The notes under the pieces: generated by a model
Database searches by the model: none
What the model was told of the DNA's origin: nothing
Seen by the model: the letters and a program-made list of their open reading frames with translations, nothing else
Shown here: positions 9,180-19,064 of the stretch, in pieces
Layout of the letters: every line of letters begins with the position of its first letter
Numbering within the stretch: the first letter of the stretch is position 1
DNA from: Candidatus Hydrothermarchaeum profundi
GTDB lineage: Archaea; Hydrothermarchaeota; Hydrothermarchaeia; Hydrothermarchaeales; Hydrothermarchaeaceae
NCBI GenBank assembly: GCA_002011125.2
Contig: MTMF02000009.1
Span: 1,160,989 to 1,224,988 of the forward strand
Length of the DNA: 64,000 nt
Reading direction: 5' to 3'
Position numbers and translations under genes: made by a program

Positions 9180-9854
9180 ATGGCTAGAATATTAATAATT
9201 GACGACGACCCTAATATCTGTGAGTCGCTCTCTGAAATACTTAAAGATGAAGGGCATGAAGTTGTTACAGCACTTTCTCCTGAAGCCGGTTTAAAAGAAC
9301 TTACTAAAAGCGAGTTTCAGCTAGCTTTGGTTGATTTAGTCATGCCGAAACTGAGCGGTATAGAAGTACTAAGTTATATCAAAAGGACTAGTCCGAAAGT
9401 TCAGGTGATTATGATCACAGCGTTTGGTACAATCGAGAATGCCGTTGAGGCGATGAAAAGAGGAGCAAGCGACTATATTTCAAAGCCCTTCAAAGTAAAT
9501 GAGATACAGACAAGCATAAACCGTGCATTGGAAGAAGCTAAGTTTAGTGATCTAGAAAAAAAGATTGAAGTAAAAAAACTTAATGAAATCTCGATTGAGG
9601 ATGCGGGGGAACTATTGGATGCACTAGCAAATCCGATACGAAGAAGTGTAGTAGAATTGTTAGGAAAATCTGGAAGGGCAAGTTTTACGAGAATACGCAC
9701 TAACCTTAAAATCGATGATCCTACAAAATTGAGCTTCCACCTAAGAAAACTGAAAAAAAGTGGGATAGTAGAGCAAGATGAAGATAAAATATACTCCTTG
9801 AGTATTACCGGAGAGAAAGTCTTGAATATTCTGAGAAAATTGATGGTAGATTAG
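9180..9854 (+). CDS. Response regulator: receiver domain plus C-terminal winged-helix (ArsR-like) domain
   Basis: ILIIDDD, DLVMP, TAFG, KPF; C-terminal ALANPIRR...LSFHLRKL...YSLS. Confidence 0.88.
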   Translation: MARILIIDDDPNICESLSEILKDEGHEVVTALSPEAGLKELTKSEFQLALVDLVMPKLSGIEVLSYIKRTSPKVQVIMITAFGTIENAVEAMKRGASDYISKPFKVNEIQTSINRALEEAKFSDLEKKIEVKKLNEISIEDAGELLDALANPIRRSVVELLGKSGRASFTRIRTNLKIDDPTKLSFHLRKLKKSGIVEQDEDKIYSLSITGEKVLNILRKLMVD

Positions 9855-9967
9855 GAAGATTGATGTATTCAAAAAATATAGAAGATGTTGAAAGAATATT
9901 TTTCTTGTTTATTATCAAATTTTACGTTCCTGAAAGCTTTTTATAGGTATTTGGCGGATTTTCAATT

Positions 9968-10615
9968 ATGCAACTTAAGCAGAGATTTGTTTTGGATACG
10001 ACCGCATTAACTTCAGTCGAACTCAGGGAAGGAAAAACATTGTGCGAGACGATAGAAAAAATTTTAAATCTTATAGCTGAAGCTAGGATAAAACTGAATA
10101 TATCATGTCACATTCCTTATCCAACGGTCTATAATGAGCTGGTCGGTTTCATGAAGAGGTACAATTGTCCTGAAGAACTCTTTGTTGAAGTTGATACTTG
10201 GCTGGTTAAAAAGACTCCAGATAGATATGAGGTAAAGATCCCTGCAGCAGTATTTTATGAGTATATAAAAGATATGAGAGAAAGGATGAACAAAGGAATG
10301 AAGGTTGCCGAGGGGGGTATTTGGTTATCTTCAGAAGAAGCGCTTAAGCAAAGAGATAAGAAAAAAACTGGTGAAGAAGATTCTACCGGAGCGATTATAA
10401 AGGACTTCCGAGCTAAGTATAGAAATGCCTTAAGATACGGTACTTTGGATTCTGCACCGGATCTTGACGTTCTCCTGCTTGCCAAAGAAATGGATGCTGG
10501 TGTGGTTGCGAGCGATGAGGGTATTAAGAAATGGGCAGAGAGTCTAGGCCTCAGATACGTAGAAGGACATACTTTCCCTAAAATGCTTGAAGAGTACTTG
10601 AAGCATATGAGGTAA
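9968..10615 (+). CDS. Protein-only RNase P, HARP (PIN_5; 'RNA ligase partner' MJ0950 family)
   Basis: FVLDT N-terminus, [36 protein letters not shown] motif. Confidence 0.85.
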   Translation: MQLKQRFVLDTTALTSVELREGKTLCETIEKILNLIAEARIKLNISCHIPYPTVYNELVGFMKRYNCPEELFVEVDTWLVKKTPDRYEVKIPAAVFYEYIKDMRERMNKGMKVAEGGIWLSSEEALKQRDKKKTGEEDSTGAIIKDFRAKYRNALRYGTLDSAPDLDVLLLAKEMDAGVVASDEGIKKWAESLGLRYVEGHTFPKMLEEYLKHMR

Positions 10616-10619
10616 CCCT

Positions 10620-11906
10620 ATGGAATTTTCGAGACCTAGAGGTACTAGAGATTTTTTGCCGGAGGAGACTTCTAAGAGAAGGTGGGTTGAAAATATAATT
10701 AGAGATACATTTGAGAGATATGGTTATAAAGAAGTCCAGACTCCTACTTTTGAGCACTTAGAGCTAATAACAGCCAAATCTGGAGATGAGATAAGGGCGC
10801 ACTTATATCACTTCAAAGATAAATCTAATCGGGATATTGCATTAAGGCCGGAATTTACTGCGCCTGTGATGAGATTATACGTTAATGAATTACAGTCTAG
10901 ACCTAAGCCATTGAAATTATACTATTTTGGCAACTGTTTTAGATATGAAAGACCTCAGTCAGGCAGATTTAGAGAATTTTGGCAGGCAGGAGTAGAGTTG
11001 ATAGGTTCAGGGTATCCTGAAGCAGAAGCAGAGGTTATCGCTCTGACGGTTGAAACCTTGAAAAAGCTTGGATTGCAAGAGTTTGAAACTCATATAGGTC
11101 ACATAGGAGTACTGCGGAAGGTGCTTAAAAAAAGTGGAGTCGAAGAAAATGATCAAAATCTTGTTCTGGGCCTTATAGATAAGGGTGAGATAGAGGAATT
11201 GAAGAACGTTCTTGATGAACTGAGACTAAAAGAAAAGGATAAGCAACTTATTTTTAATCTGCTTAATTTGGTGGGGAGGAACGAGGTAATTTTGAAAGCT
11301 GAAACTCTTCTTAGAGGTAATATTGATGCGTTGAAAGAGCTGGAAAGGCTTAGAGAAGTTCTGAGATGGCTGAAAGAATTTGGTGTAAGTGATTATCATG
11401 TTAATTTTGGGATTGCTAGAGGATTAGATTATTATACTGGTGTAGTCTTTGAGATATACTCAAAGAAGCTAAAAGCCCAAAAACAAATTTGCGGTGGAGG
11501 CAGCTATTCTCTGGCGGAGGTATTTGGTGGCGAAAAAGTAGCTACATGTGGATTTGCGTTTGGTTTCGATAGAGTCGTTCTGGCACTAGAGGCGGAGGGG
11601 GTAGATCTGGGTGCAAAAGCAAAAAAAGAGTTCCTAGTAGTAATGACGGGAGAGAGTCTTCTTCCTAAAGCGATTGAAATAGCTAGCATGATACGCAATA
11701 GGTTTCCCTGCCATGTTGATTTAATGCGGCGGCGGCTTGGTAAGGCTTTAGCTTATGCCAATAGCATCGGCATACCTTTCGTAGTTATCGTAGGTGAGGA
11801 AGAGTTGAAAGAAGATAAAGTCATACTCAGAGACATGAAGACAGGATCTCAAAAAGAAGTTTCTATTAAAAACATAGAAAAAGATATTTTGAAAGTGATA
11901 GAATGA
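10620..11906 (+). CDS. hisS: Histidyl-tRNA synthetase
   Basis: RPRGTRDF, LRPEFTA, FRYERPQSGRFREFWQAG, RGLDYYTG, GGG; C-terminal anticodon-binding domain. Confidence 0.96.
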   Translation: MEFSRPRGTRDFLPEETSKRRWVENIIRDTFERYGYKEVQTPTFEHLELITAKSGDEIRAHLYHFKDKSNRDIALRPEFTAPVMRLYVNELQSRPKPLKLYYFGNCFRYERPQSGRFREFWQAGVELIGSGYPEAEAEVIALTVETLKKLGLQEFETHIGHIGVLRKVLKKSGVEENDQNLVLGLIDKGEIEELKNVLDELRLKEKDKQLIFNLLNLVGRNEVILKAETLLRGNIDALKELERLREVLRWLKEFGVSDYHVNFGIARGLDYYTGVVFEIYSKKLKAQKQICGGGSYSLAEVFGGEKVATCGFAFGFDRVVLALEAEGVDLGAKAKKEFLVVMTGESLLPKAIEIASMIRNRFPCHVDLMRRRLGKALAYANSIGIPFVVIVGEEELKEDKVILRDMKTGSQKEVSIKNIEKDILKVIE

Positions 11907-12295
11907 AAAATATTATTGAAGAAGTAAATTTTAGGATAAAGCGAGACGGGGAGGACTTGGCTATAGCTGTTGCACAAGATTTTAAGACCAATGAAGTTCT
12001 TATGGTGGCGTTCATTAATGCTGAGGCATTAGAAAAAACATTGAGAACCGGAAAAATGCATTATTTCAGTACTTCTAGGAAAAAAATCTGGTTAAAAGGT
12101 GAAAGTTCGAGACATTATCAACTGGTAAGGGAGATATTGATCGACTGCGATGGCGATGCCTTACTTTTTAAGGTTGATCAACAAGATGCTGCATGCCACG
12201 AGGGATACTACTCTTGTTTTTTTAGGAAAATCGAAAATGGTCAGATTAAGGTGGTTGGAAAGAGAATTTTTGACCCAAAAGATGTTTACGGATAA
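11903..12295 (+). CDS. hisI: Phosphoribosyl-AMP cyclohydrolase
   Basis: WLKGESS, DCDGDALL, ACHEGYYSCF. Confidence 0.95.
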   Translation: MKNIIEEVNFRIKRDGEDLAIAVAQDFKTNEVLMVAFINAEALEKTLRTGKMHYFSTSRKKIWLKGESSRHYQLVREILIDCDGDALLFKVDQQDAACHEGYYSCFFRKIENGQIKVVGKRIFDPKDVYG

Positions 12296-12331
12296 AAATA
12301 TTTAGTATACTTTAGAAAAAAATATTCGGGG

Positions 12332-14134
12332 ATGTTGAATAATATGAAAATAATTATACCAGACACTTCGGTGATAATAGATGGAAGGATCACTCAATTA
12401 GTTAAAAGGAAAGAATACAGGGGATGTAAGGTTTTAATTTCTGAGGCAGTAGTAGCCGAATTAGAGAATCAAGCAAATAAGGGAAAAGAGAGCGGGTTTA
12501 AGGGATTAGAGGAGCTTGTAAGGCTGAGGGATTACTCTAAGGAGGGTATTATTGAACTAGAACACGTAGGGAGGAGACCAAGGATTTCAGAGTTCAAAGA
12601 CATAGACGACATCATAAGAAATACGGCTAAGGAGGCAGATGGTCTATTAGTCACAAGTGATAGAATCCAGGCCAGAGTTAGCGAGACTAAAGGGATTAAT
12701 GTTCTTTATCTTAGGAAAAAAAGGGTAAAAAAGGAACTTCGTATATTAAAATACTTCGATCACGACACTATGTCAGTTCATCTGCGTGATAAAGTAGTGC
12801 CTATGGCAAAAAGAGGTAAGCCAGGGAATATAAAACTGGTAAAGCTGTCTGATAAGCCCTTAAAAGAAAGGGAGCTAGTAAAAATCGCGAGAGAGATTAT
12901 TGAGTATGCTAGAGTTGACCCTGACAGTTTTATTGAAATAGAAAGGAAAGGCGCAACCGTAGTACAGCTTAAGCAGATTAGGATCGCTATAGCTAGACCT
13001 CCTTTCGCTGATGGCTTTGAGATCACTGCCGTTAGACCTATTGCAGATGTCAAGTTAGATGACTATAAACTCTCTGAGAGACTTTTAAATAGACTTAAAG
13101 AAAGCGCAGAAGGAATATTTGTAGCAGGTCCTCCCGGTGCTGGAAAGTCAACTTTCTCGCAGGCATTAGCTGAGTTCTACAAGAATCAAGGTAAAATAGT
13201 GAAAACAATGGAGTCGCCTAGAGATTTAGTGGTATCGGATGAAATTACCCAATACGGTCCATTGGAAGGGGAGATGGAGAAAACAGCAGATATCCTCTTG
13301 CTAGTTAGACCGGACTACACAATCTACGATGAGGTAAGAAAAACCAATGACTTCCGGATTTTTGCAGATATGCGATTAGCTGGGGTTGGCATGGTAGGAG
13401 TAACCCATGCAAATAAGGGCATAGACGCAATACAAAGGCTAATAGGTAGAGTAGAACTTGGAATGATACCCCAGATAGTAGATACGGTTATCTTCATCAA
13501 AGACGGCAGGATAGAAAAAGTGTATAAAGTAATGTTCACAGTTAAAGTTCCAGCGGGAATGATGGAGGCAGATCTAGCAAGACCCGTAATAGAAGTTAGA
13601 GATTTTGAAACAGACATAGCTGAATATGAAATATACACATTTGGCGAAGAGACCGTGGTTATGCCTGTTGGAAAGGAGGAGAGGACTGTTACAGAAAAAC
13701 TCGCCGCTGAGAGGGTTTATCAAGAGATCAAGAAGTATGCTCGGAATGCGCGTATAGACGTAGAGGTAACAGGATCAAGTGCAATTGTTTGGATAGATGA
13801 TAAATATATCCCTAAAATTATTGGTAGGCAGGGGAAAAAAATTGAGAAGATAGAAAGGGCTTTAGGCATTGGCATAGATATACGGCCTCTTGAAAATAAA
13901 TCCGAAAGGGAAGAAGTAATCAAAATAACGTTAGAAGAGACAGATAAGTATGTGCACCTGATTGCCGGACCTGAATATGCTGGAAAAATGGTTGAGATTT
14001 ATAAAGATGGAGAATACCTTTTTACTGCTACAATAGGTAGAAAAGGCGAGTTAAAGGTAGCCAAAAATTCTGATTTTGGTAGAGAGCTAATAGATGCTAG
14101 GGAGATCACTGCGAAATCAATTCGAAAGGTTTAA
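12332..14134 (+). CDS. PIN-domain ATPase with KH domains (PINA family)
   Basis: PIN motif PDTSVIIDG, Walker A GPPGAGKST, YDEVR, KH motif IIGRQG. Confidence 0.9.
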   Translation: MLNNMKIIIPDTSVIIDGRITQLVKRKEYRGCKVLISEAVVAELENQANKGKESGFKGLEELVRLRDYSKEGIIELEHVGRRPRISEFKDIDDIIRNTAKEADGLLVTSDRIQARVSETKGINVLYLRKKRVKKELRILKYFDHDTMSVHLRDKVVPMAKRGKPGNIKLVKLSDKPLKERELVKIAREIIEYARVDPDSFIEIERKGATVVQLKQIRIAIARPPFADGFEITAVRPIADVKLDDYKLSERLLNRLKESAEGIFVAGPPGAGKSTFSQALAEFYKNQGKIVKTMESPRDLVVSDEITQYGPLEGEMEKTADILLLVRPDYTIYDEVRKTNDFRIFADMRLAGVGMVGVTHANKGIDAIQRLIGRVELGMIPQIVDTVIFIKDGRIEKVYKVMFTVKVPAGMMEADLARPVIEVRDFETDIAEYEIYTFGEETVVMPVGKEERTVTEKLAAERVYQEIKKYARNARIDVEVTGSSAIVWIDDKYIPKIIGRQGKKIEKIERALGIGIDIRPLENKSEREEVIKITLEETDKYVHLIAGPEYAGKMVEIYKDGEYLFTATIGRKGELKVAKNSDFGRELIDAREITAKSIRKV

Positions 14135-14151
14135 TAGTAGGGAATAGAATA

Positions 14152-14230
14152 AGGCACCAGGAGGCCTGAGCGAGGAGGTAGGAGATTGTTTTTTAGAAAT
14201 AGGGAGGTGATCTCAAACCTCCTAGTGCCT
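14152..14230 (-). ncRNA. Candidate hairpin small RNA with anti-Shine-Dalgarno loop
   Basis: 19-bp stem (14152-14170 / 14212-14230) whose three imperfections are all G-U pairs on the minus strand; loop contains AUCACCUCCC and CUCCUACCUCCUC; TTTAAG box about 25 nt upstream. Confidence 0.55.
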
Positions 14231-14276
14231 CATTTCCGTAAAAAAGGAATAACGACTTAAATGATTTGTGCATAAA

Positions 14277-15536
14277 TTAAGCACAACTGCTTTTGGGGGT
14301 ATTAGTACGCAATTCTCTTACTAGGGGCTTGCTTATATGGCGCATTGCTCTTGGAGGGACTTGGTAAATCCTTTCCTCTAGTTCTCGGGGATATTTTACT
14401 CTCACTTTATCGCCTTTAAATGTCTTACAAATTCTGCATCGAAATCCTTGATTCTTACCCGCTGATTCCATACGTCTTCCACATTCGCATAGGGGATTCT
14501 CTTCCCTATACATCTCAGCTAGCTTCATAACATGGATCTTTTCGAGATTAATAGTTTTTTTAGGATCAGATCTTACGCCACCGTATACTCTCACTTTATC
14601 GCCTGGAACAAGTTTCTTGACTATATGCCTAAACTCTTTTGTTGGCTCGTATGCAGCGCATTCAATGGAATCACTTCCGTCAGTTACTGTGAATATTACG
14701 TGTCCTCCTTTTATGACTCTTGGGAGGGAGTTAACTTCCCCCTCTAGGATGACAGAGGAGTAGGGCTTGATATCACTGATTCTTTTGACGTTTATTAAAT
14801 GCGCGTCTGTCCCCTGATTTGTTTCATAGATTATTTTTCTTTCTATTCGCTCTCCAAGTTTAATCATGTTAAAAGCTCTTTTAAGAGTTTCAGGATCTTC
14901 TCCACGAATACCGAAAAGTACGGGGCAGGGTGAGTGTGGCGCTATTAATATGCGTTCATTATCTACGTTATTAAAGGTTAGGGGGAAGGTTCTCTCATTC
15001 ATTTTGAATACTGATTTTTTATCGATTTTTCTTTCTTTTCCCCAATTTTTCTTTTCTCGGTAGGCTATTAGCTCATAAGTTTTATCTTTAAAAATACTTC
15101 CGATAGATGCAAGAGCACCGATGATCCCTCTACCTTTTTTAAATTTACATATTTCTGCTCCATAGCTTATGGCGAGATTTTCAGCTTCATCTATAGTAAC
15201 GACTTCATGAAGACATTTTTCATAAAATCTAGAAAATTCTTCTGGAACTTTATCTCCCTGATAAAATACTACCCCTGGATGGGTGTTACTGTCGTCTATT
15301 TCTGCATATTCCTCTACCGTTTCGAGTACTAAGTTTTCCACTCCTTTAGGCTTCTTTCTCATCTCCAGGCAAATTCCGGCGTTTCCTCTAGTCTTCCACC
15401 TAATATTTGGGTTAAGTCTTACTAGTTTTGGTTTAATTGATGTGTACCGCGACAATTCATCCGCAAGGAGAGCCCCTAAATATGTAGTGCACATTCCCTT
15501 TTTGGAGTCCGTGTCATCTATCCCTACGTAGAACAT
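14277..15536 (-). CDS. tiaS: tRNA(Ile2) 2-agmatinylcytidine synthetase
   Basis: GIDDTDS..GMCTTY, LVRLNPNI.WKTRGN, TNQGTDAH, CAAYEPTK, Zn ribbon CECG...CRIC. Confidence 0.95.
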   Translation of the reverse strand: MFYVGIDDTDSKKGMCTTYLGALLADELSRYTSIKPKLVRLNPNIRWKTRGNAGICLEMRKKPKGVENLVLETVEEYAEIDDSNTHPGVVFYQGDKVPEEFSRFYEKCLHEVVTIDEAENLAISYGAEICKFKKGRGIIGALASIGSIFKDKTYELIAYREKKNWGKERKIDKKSVFKMNERTFPLTFNNVDNERILIAPHSPCPVLFGIRGEDPETLKRAFNMIKLGERIERKIIYETNQGTDAHLINVKRISDIKPYSSVILEGEVNSLPRVIKGGHVIFTVTDGSDSIECAAYEPTKEFRHIVKKLVPGDKVRVYGGVRSDPKKTINLEKIHVMKLAEMYREENPLCECGRRMESAGKNQGFRCRICKTFKGDKVRVKYPRELEERIYQVPPRAMRHISKPLVRELRTNTPKSSCA

Positions 15537-15537
15537 G

Positions 15538-16143
15538 TTATGATTTCAGTATTATAACGTCGTTGCTTGTTTCTATGTCTTCTTCTCTAAAAACCTTCTT
15601 TTTGGATCCCCTACTAGCAGTAAATTCTAAAACTTTTCCTTCACTATCCACATTAACATTATCTACTTTCCCGAGGTAAATTCCTTTTTTTGTATATACT
15701 TCCTTCCCTATGAACTCATGCCTTCTCTCGTGTTCAACCGGCTCTTCTTCTTTAACGATTACGACATCATCTACGGCAATGACCTCATCCTTATCTAATA
15801 TCTTATCCTCAATCTCAAATTTTTCTACTTCGCCTTCCTCTATTTCGACTCCTTTAAGCATTCCGATGTACTTTCCAGATTCCGAGAAAACCTTTATCTC
15901 TGGAACTCTCTCCATCTTTTTTCCAAGTGCGAAAAGGGCTCCTCCATTCAAAAAGAGTATGATAGACGGGAAAAGCATAAAGAAAGTTAGAGTCCTCACA
16001 GCACCAATATCGAAAGGCGGGGAAACCTCCGGGGTAAAAAGTTTCATAGAAATAGAGTAGAATTTAAGGGGAACGATAAGCCATATGACTCCAAGAATTC
16101 CGTTTATTACTCCAACAACCTGAATAGACCTCATCTCAATCAA
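15538..16143 (-). CDS. Membrane protein with two PRC-barrel domains
   Basis: Two N-terminal TM segments; KVFSESGKYIG and IGKEVYTKKGIYLGKV repeats, DVVIV/DVIIL ends. Confidence 0.72.
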   Translation of the reverse strand: MIEMRSIQVVGVINGILGVIWLIVPLKFYSISMKLFTPEVSPPFDIGAVRTLTFFMLFPSIILFLNGGALFALGKKMERVPEIKVFSESGKYIGMLKGVEIEEGEVEKFEIEDKILDKDEVIAVDDVVIVKEEEPVEHERRHEFIGKEVYTKKGIYLGKVDNVNVDSEGKVLEFTASRGSKKKVFREEDIETSNDVIILKS

Positions 16144-16198
16144 TTTTTTAAAAATACTAAAATATATAAACTTTGTGAGCTTTTTTGAGCAAATTTAT

Positions 16199-16948
16199 CT
16201 AAACCTTCATCCTTTTAAAAGCTTGCGTCCCGATACCTATCATAAACGCCGTAAATGAAGATAAGACGGCAAGATCAACAAGAAATGGGAATCTCTGGGT
16301 ACCGAGCATCGTCCCCCTAAGGGCATCGACTCCGTAGGTTAATGGGTCGAGTAACACTAATGAGGAGAGCCATGATGGAAGGTCCTCAGTTGGGAATAAT
16401 GCCCCACTTAGGAAAAAGAGAGGATAAATTACAAAACTAACTACCATACCAAATCCTTCTGGAGACTCCATCTGAGACCCTATGATTAGTCCGAGGCTAA
16501 CTAGTCCGGCAGCCATTATCAGTATCACGAGATACGCTTTAAGAATAACGATTATTGTATAATGCACACCGAATAAAGGCCCCAGTAATAGGAGGATACT
16601 CCCTTGTATTAGAGAATCAGTCATCCCTCCTAAAACCTTTCCGATGAATATGGTTGACCGTCGTAGTGGTGCAACCAAAACTTCCTTTAAAAAGTCTATT
16701 TTCCGATCCCACACTATGTAAACTCCAAAAAAGACTGACGTGAAAAGCACGCTCATAGAAACAACGCCAGGGTATATGAATGTCTGGTAATTAACTCCTT
16801 TAATGATGATGCTTGAGCCTAGGCCTCCACCAAAAACAACTAGCCATAGGAGTGGAGTGAATATGGATGAAACAACTCTTGAATGCTCCCTAGTAAAAAC
16901 CTTGAACTCCCTCAGCCAAAGGGCAGCAATGCCATTTACTTCACTCAT
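16199..16948 (-). CDS. ABC-2 transporter permease
   Basis: FLSGALFP, DPLTYGVDALR, multiple TM segments. Confidence 0.9.
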   Translation of the reverse strand: MSEVNGIAALWLREFKVFTREHSRVVSSIFTPLLWLVVFGGGLGSSIIIKGVNYQTFIYPGVVSMSVLFTSVFFGVYIVWDRKIDFLKEVLVAPLRRSTIFIGKVLGGMTDSLIQGSILLLLGPLFGVHYTIIVILKAYLVILIMAAGLVSLGLIIGSQMESPEGFGMVVSFVIYPLFFLSGALFPTEDLPSWLSSLVLLDPLTYGVDALRGTMLGTQRFPFLVDLAVLSSFTAFMIGIGTQAFKRMKV

Positions 16949-17928
16949 CTTTTTTTCACCTGTCTCATTATTCTCTGCATATACCCTCCTTCAGCAGTGC
17001 CTCCCTCCCTTATACTTCTCCCTGTATATTTCAAAAAAACATCATTTAAAGTAGGATGCACTATTTCTACTTTCTCAAAGGTTGGGAAGGTCTCTAAAAT
17101 TCTCTTTAGCCTCATGCTAGCATCGTCAACACAGAGTTCTATTCGGTCATTTTCCTTAGTATAACCCGTTAAGAATGGTAGGGAATCTGTAGTATTAGGG
17201 ACTTCTTTAACCCCCATTAAGATTATCTTCTCTCCGATCTCGCTTTTAAGGGCTGAGGGCTTGTCCATAACCTTGATTTTCCCATAATCTATAATTGCAA
17301 CTCTATCACAGAGATGGTCTGCCTCTTCCATATAATGGCTTGTTATTACTACGGTAACATTTTCAACTTCCACAAGCTCCCTTATATACTCCCAAACATG
17401 CTCTCGGGACTGAGGATCGAGTCCTAAAGTAGGTTCATCTAAAAAGAGAACGTTAGGCTTATGTAGCAGTCCTCTCGCTAACTCTAATCTCCTCCTCATT
17501 CCTCCAGAGTAGTTTCGAACTCTATCATGTGCTCTTGATTCTAGTTCTACAAGACGTAGAACTTCTCTTATTCTACTTTTCCATTCAGCCCTTGGAACGC
17601 CATACATCATCGCATGGAGCATGAGGTTTTCATATCCTGTGAGGATATCGTCTGAACTGGGTTCCTGAAAGACTATTCCTATGCTTCTCCTAACTTTTCC
17701 TGGCTCTCGTATAATGTCATAGCCATTTACCGTTGCTGTACCGTAGGTTGGCTTAATAAGAGTTGCAAGCATATGTAGTAGCGTAGTCTTCCCTGCACCA
17801 TTTGGTCCTAGTAACCCAAAAACCTCGCCTTCTTCTATCTCAAAATTTAGATGGTCTACCGCTGTTATTTTCTCATATACCTTTGTAATTTCCTTAACTT
17901 CTATTATCCCCATTAGCTTTGACCTCAA
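16945..17928 (-). CDS. ABC-2 (DrrA-like) transporter ATP-binding subunit
   Basis: GPNGAGKT, YSGGMRRR, LFLDEPT, TSHYMEEA; true start may be the second Met (MGIIEV). Confidence 0.92.
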   Translation of the reverse strand: MRSKLMGIIEVKEITKVYEKITAVDHLNFEIEEGEVFGLLGPNGAGKTTLLHMLATLIKPTYGTATVNGYDIIREPGKVRRSIGIVFQEPSSDDILTGYENLMLHAMMYGVPRAEWKSRIREVLRLVELESRAHDRVRNYSGGMRRRLELARGLLHKPNVLFLDEPTLGLDPQSREHVWEYIRELVEVENVTVVITSHYMEEADHLCDRVAIIDYGKIKVMDKPSALKSEIGEKIILMGVKEVPNTTDSLPFLTGYTKENDRIELCVDDASMRLKRILETFPTFEKVEIVHPTLNDVFLKYTGRSIREGGTAEGGYMQRIMRQVKKR

Positions 17929-17981
17929 TAAAAAGCAATTGTACCGTTATATTATTAATGTTATAATAAGTGGGTTAATAT

Positions 17982-19064
17982 ATGAGTACGGTTTATTTCT
18001 CTAGTTCTCGGGTCCCGGAATTCAGAAGATGGTGGGTGCCAGAGAGTAGTCTACTTAGAAAAATGGAAAAGGTCTTTTATTCTGCAGGGTTAGATAAAGT
18101 AGTTAGTGGCACAGTGGGAATAAAGGTTCATATGGGGGAACCCGGTGATGTTCACTATTTGAGGCCTATATATGTTTCAAAGATTGTAGACCTCATAAGA
18201 GACCTAGATGGTGAACTCATTGTAGTAGAAACGAGTGGATTAGGATGGATTCCCGGAAGAACTTCAGCTGAGAAACACCTAGAGGCAGCTCGAAGGAATG
18301 GCTTCTGTGAAGAGACGATTGGAGCACCAGTTCGAATGCTAGATGGGGCTTATGGAATAGAAAGTATAAAAGGAAGTATCGTGGCGAGAGGGATTCAGGA
18401 GTTAGACTCACTGATAGTCTTATCCCATGTTACTGGACATATTCAAGCAGGGTTTGGAGGTGCAATAAAAAACCTAGGATTAGGGTGTGTAACAAAGACA
18501 GGTAAATATAGGGTGCACTATGATGGTCCACCAGAGTTAAATAAGAGATGTGATTTATGTGGGGAATGTGTAGCAGTCTGTCCAGTTGGGGCTATAGAAG
18601 ATGGGCGTATAAATCCTGATAAATGTATATGCTGTAATGCTTGCCTTGATGTGTGCAGTAAGGATGCCGTGTCTGTTAGAGAAGTATCCAATAATGAACT
18701 CGCGGCTAGGATAGCCGAGAATGCGTATAAAGTACTTCAAAATTTGGGTAAAGTAGGGTATATTAATTTCCTAGTGGATATACTACCGCACTGTGATTGT
18801 CATCCACATTCAGACATACCCATAGTGCCAGATATCGGATTGCTATCCTCCCTTGATCCAGTAGCCTGTGATAGAGCCTCGATTGACCTAGTAAATAGTA
18901 GCCCAGGAGTATTAACAAGTGAAGCCGAGAATTGTAACGCCTTAGCCTCCGGTGCTGATAAATTTAAACTAATTAATCCAGAGACAAATTGGAAAGTCCA
19001 ACTATCTACAGCCGAAAAACTTGGTATAGGGACGCAGGAATATATTTTAGAAAAAGTAGAATAA
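17982..19064 (+). CDS. DUF362 iron-sulfur protein with 2x[4Fe-4S] ferredoxin insert
   Basis: KVHMGE, HVTGH..GFGGAIKNLGLGC, CDLCGECVAVCP, CICCNACLDVC, CDC, DPVACD. Confidence 0.85.
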   Translation: MSTVYFSSSRVPEFRRWWVPESSLLRKMEKVFYSAGLDKVVSGTVGIKVHMGEPGDVHYLRPIYVSKIVDLIRDLDGELIVVETSGLGWIPGRTSAEKHLEAARRNGFCEETIGAPVRMLDGAYGIESIKGSIVARGIQELDSLIVLSHVTGHIQAGFGGAIKNLGLGCVTKTGKYRVHYDGPPELNKRCDLCGECVAVCPVGAIEDGRINPDKCICCNACLDVCSKDAVSVREVSNNELAARIAENAYKVLQNLGKVGYINFLVDILPHCDCHPHSDIPIVPDIGLLSSLDPVACDRASIDLVNSSPGVLTSEAENCNALASGADKFKLINPETNWKVQLSTAEKLGIGTQEYILEKVE

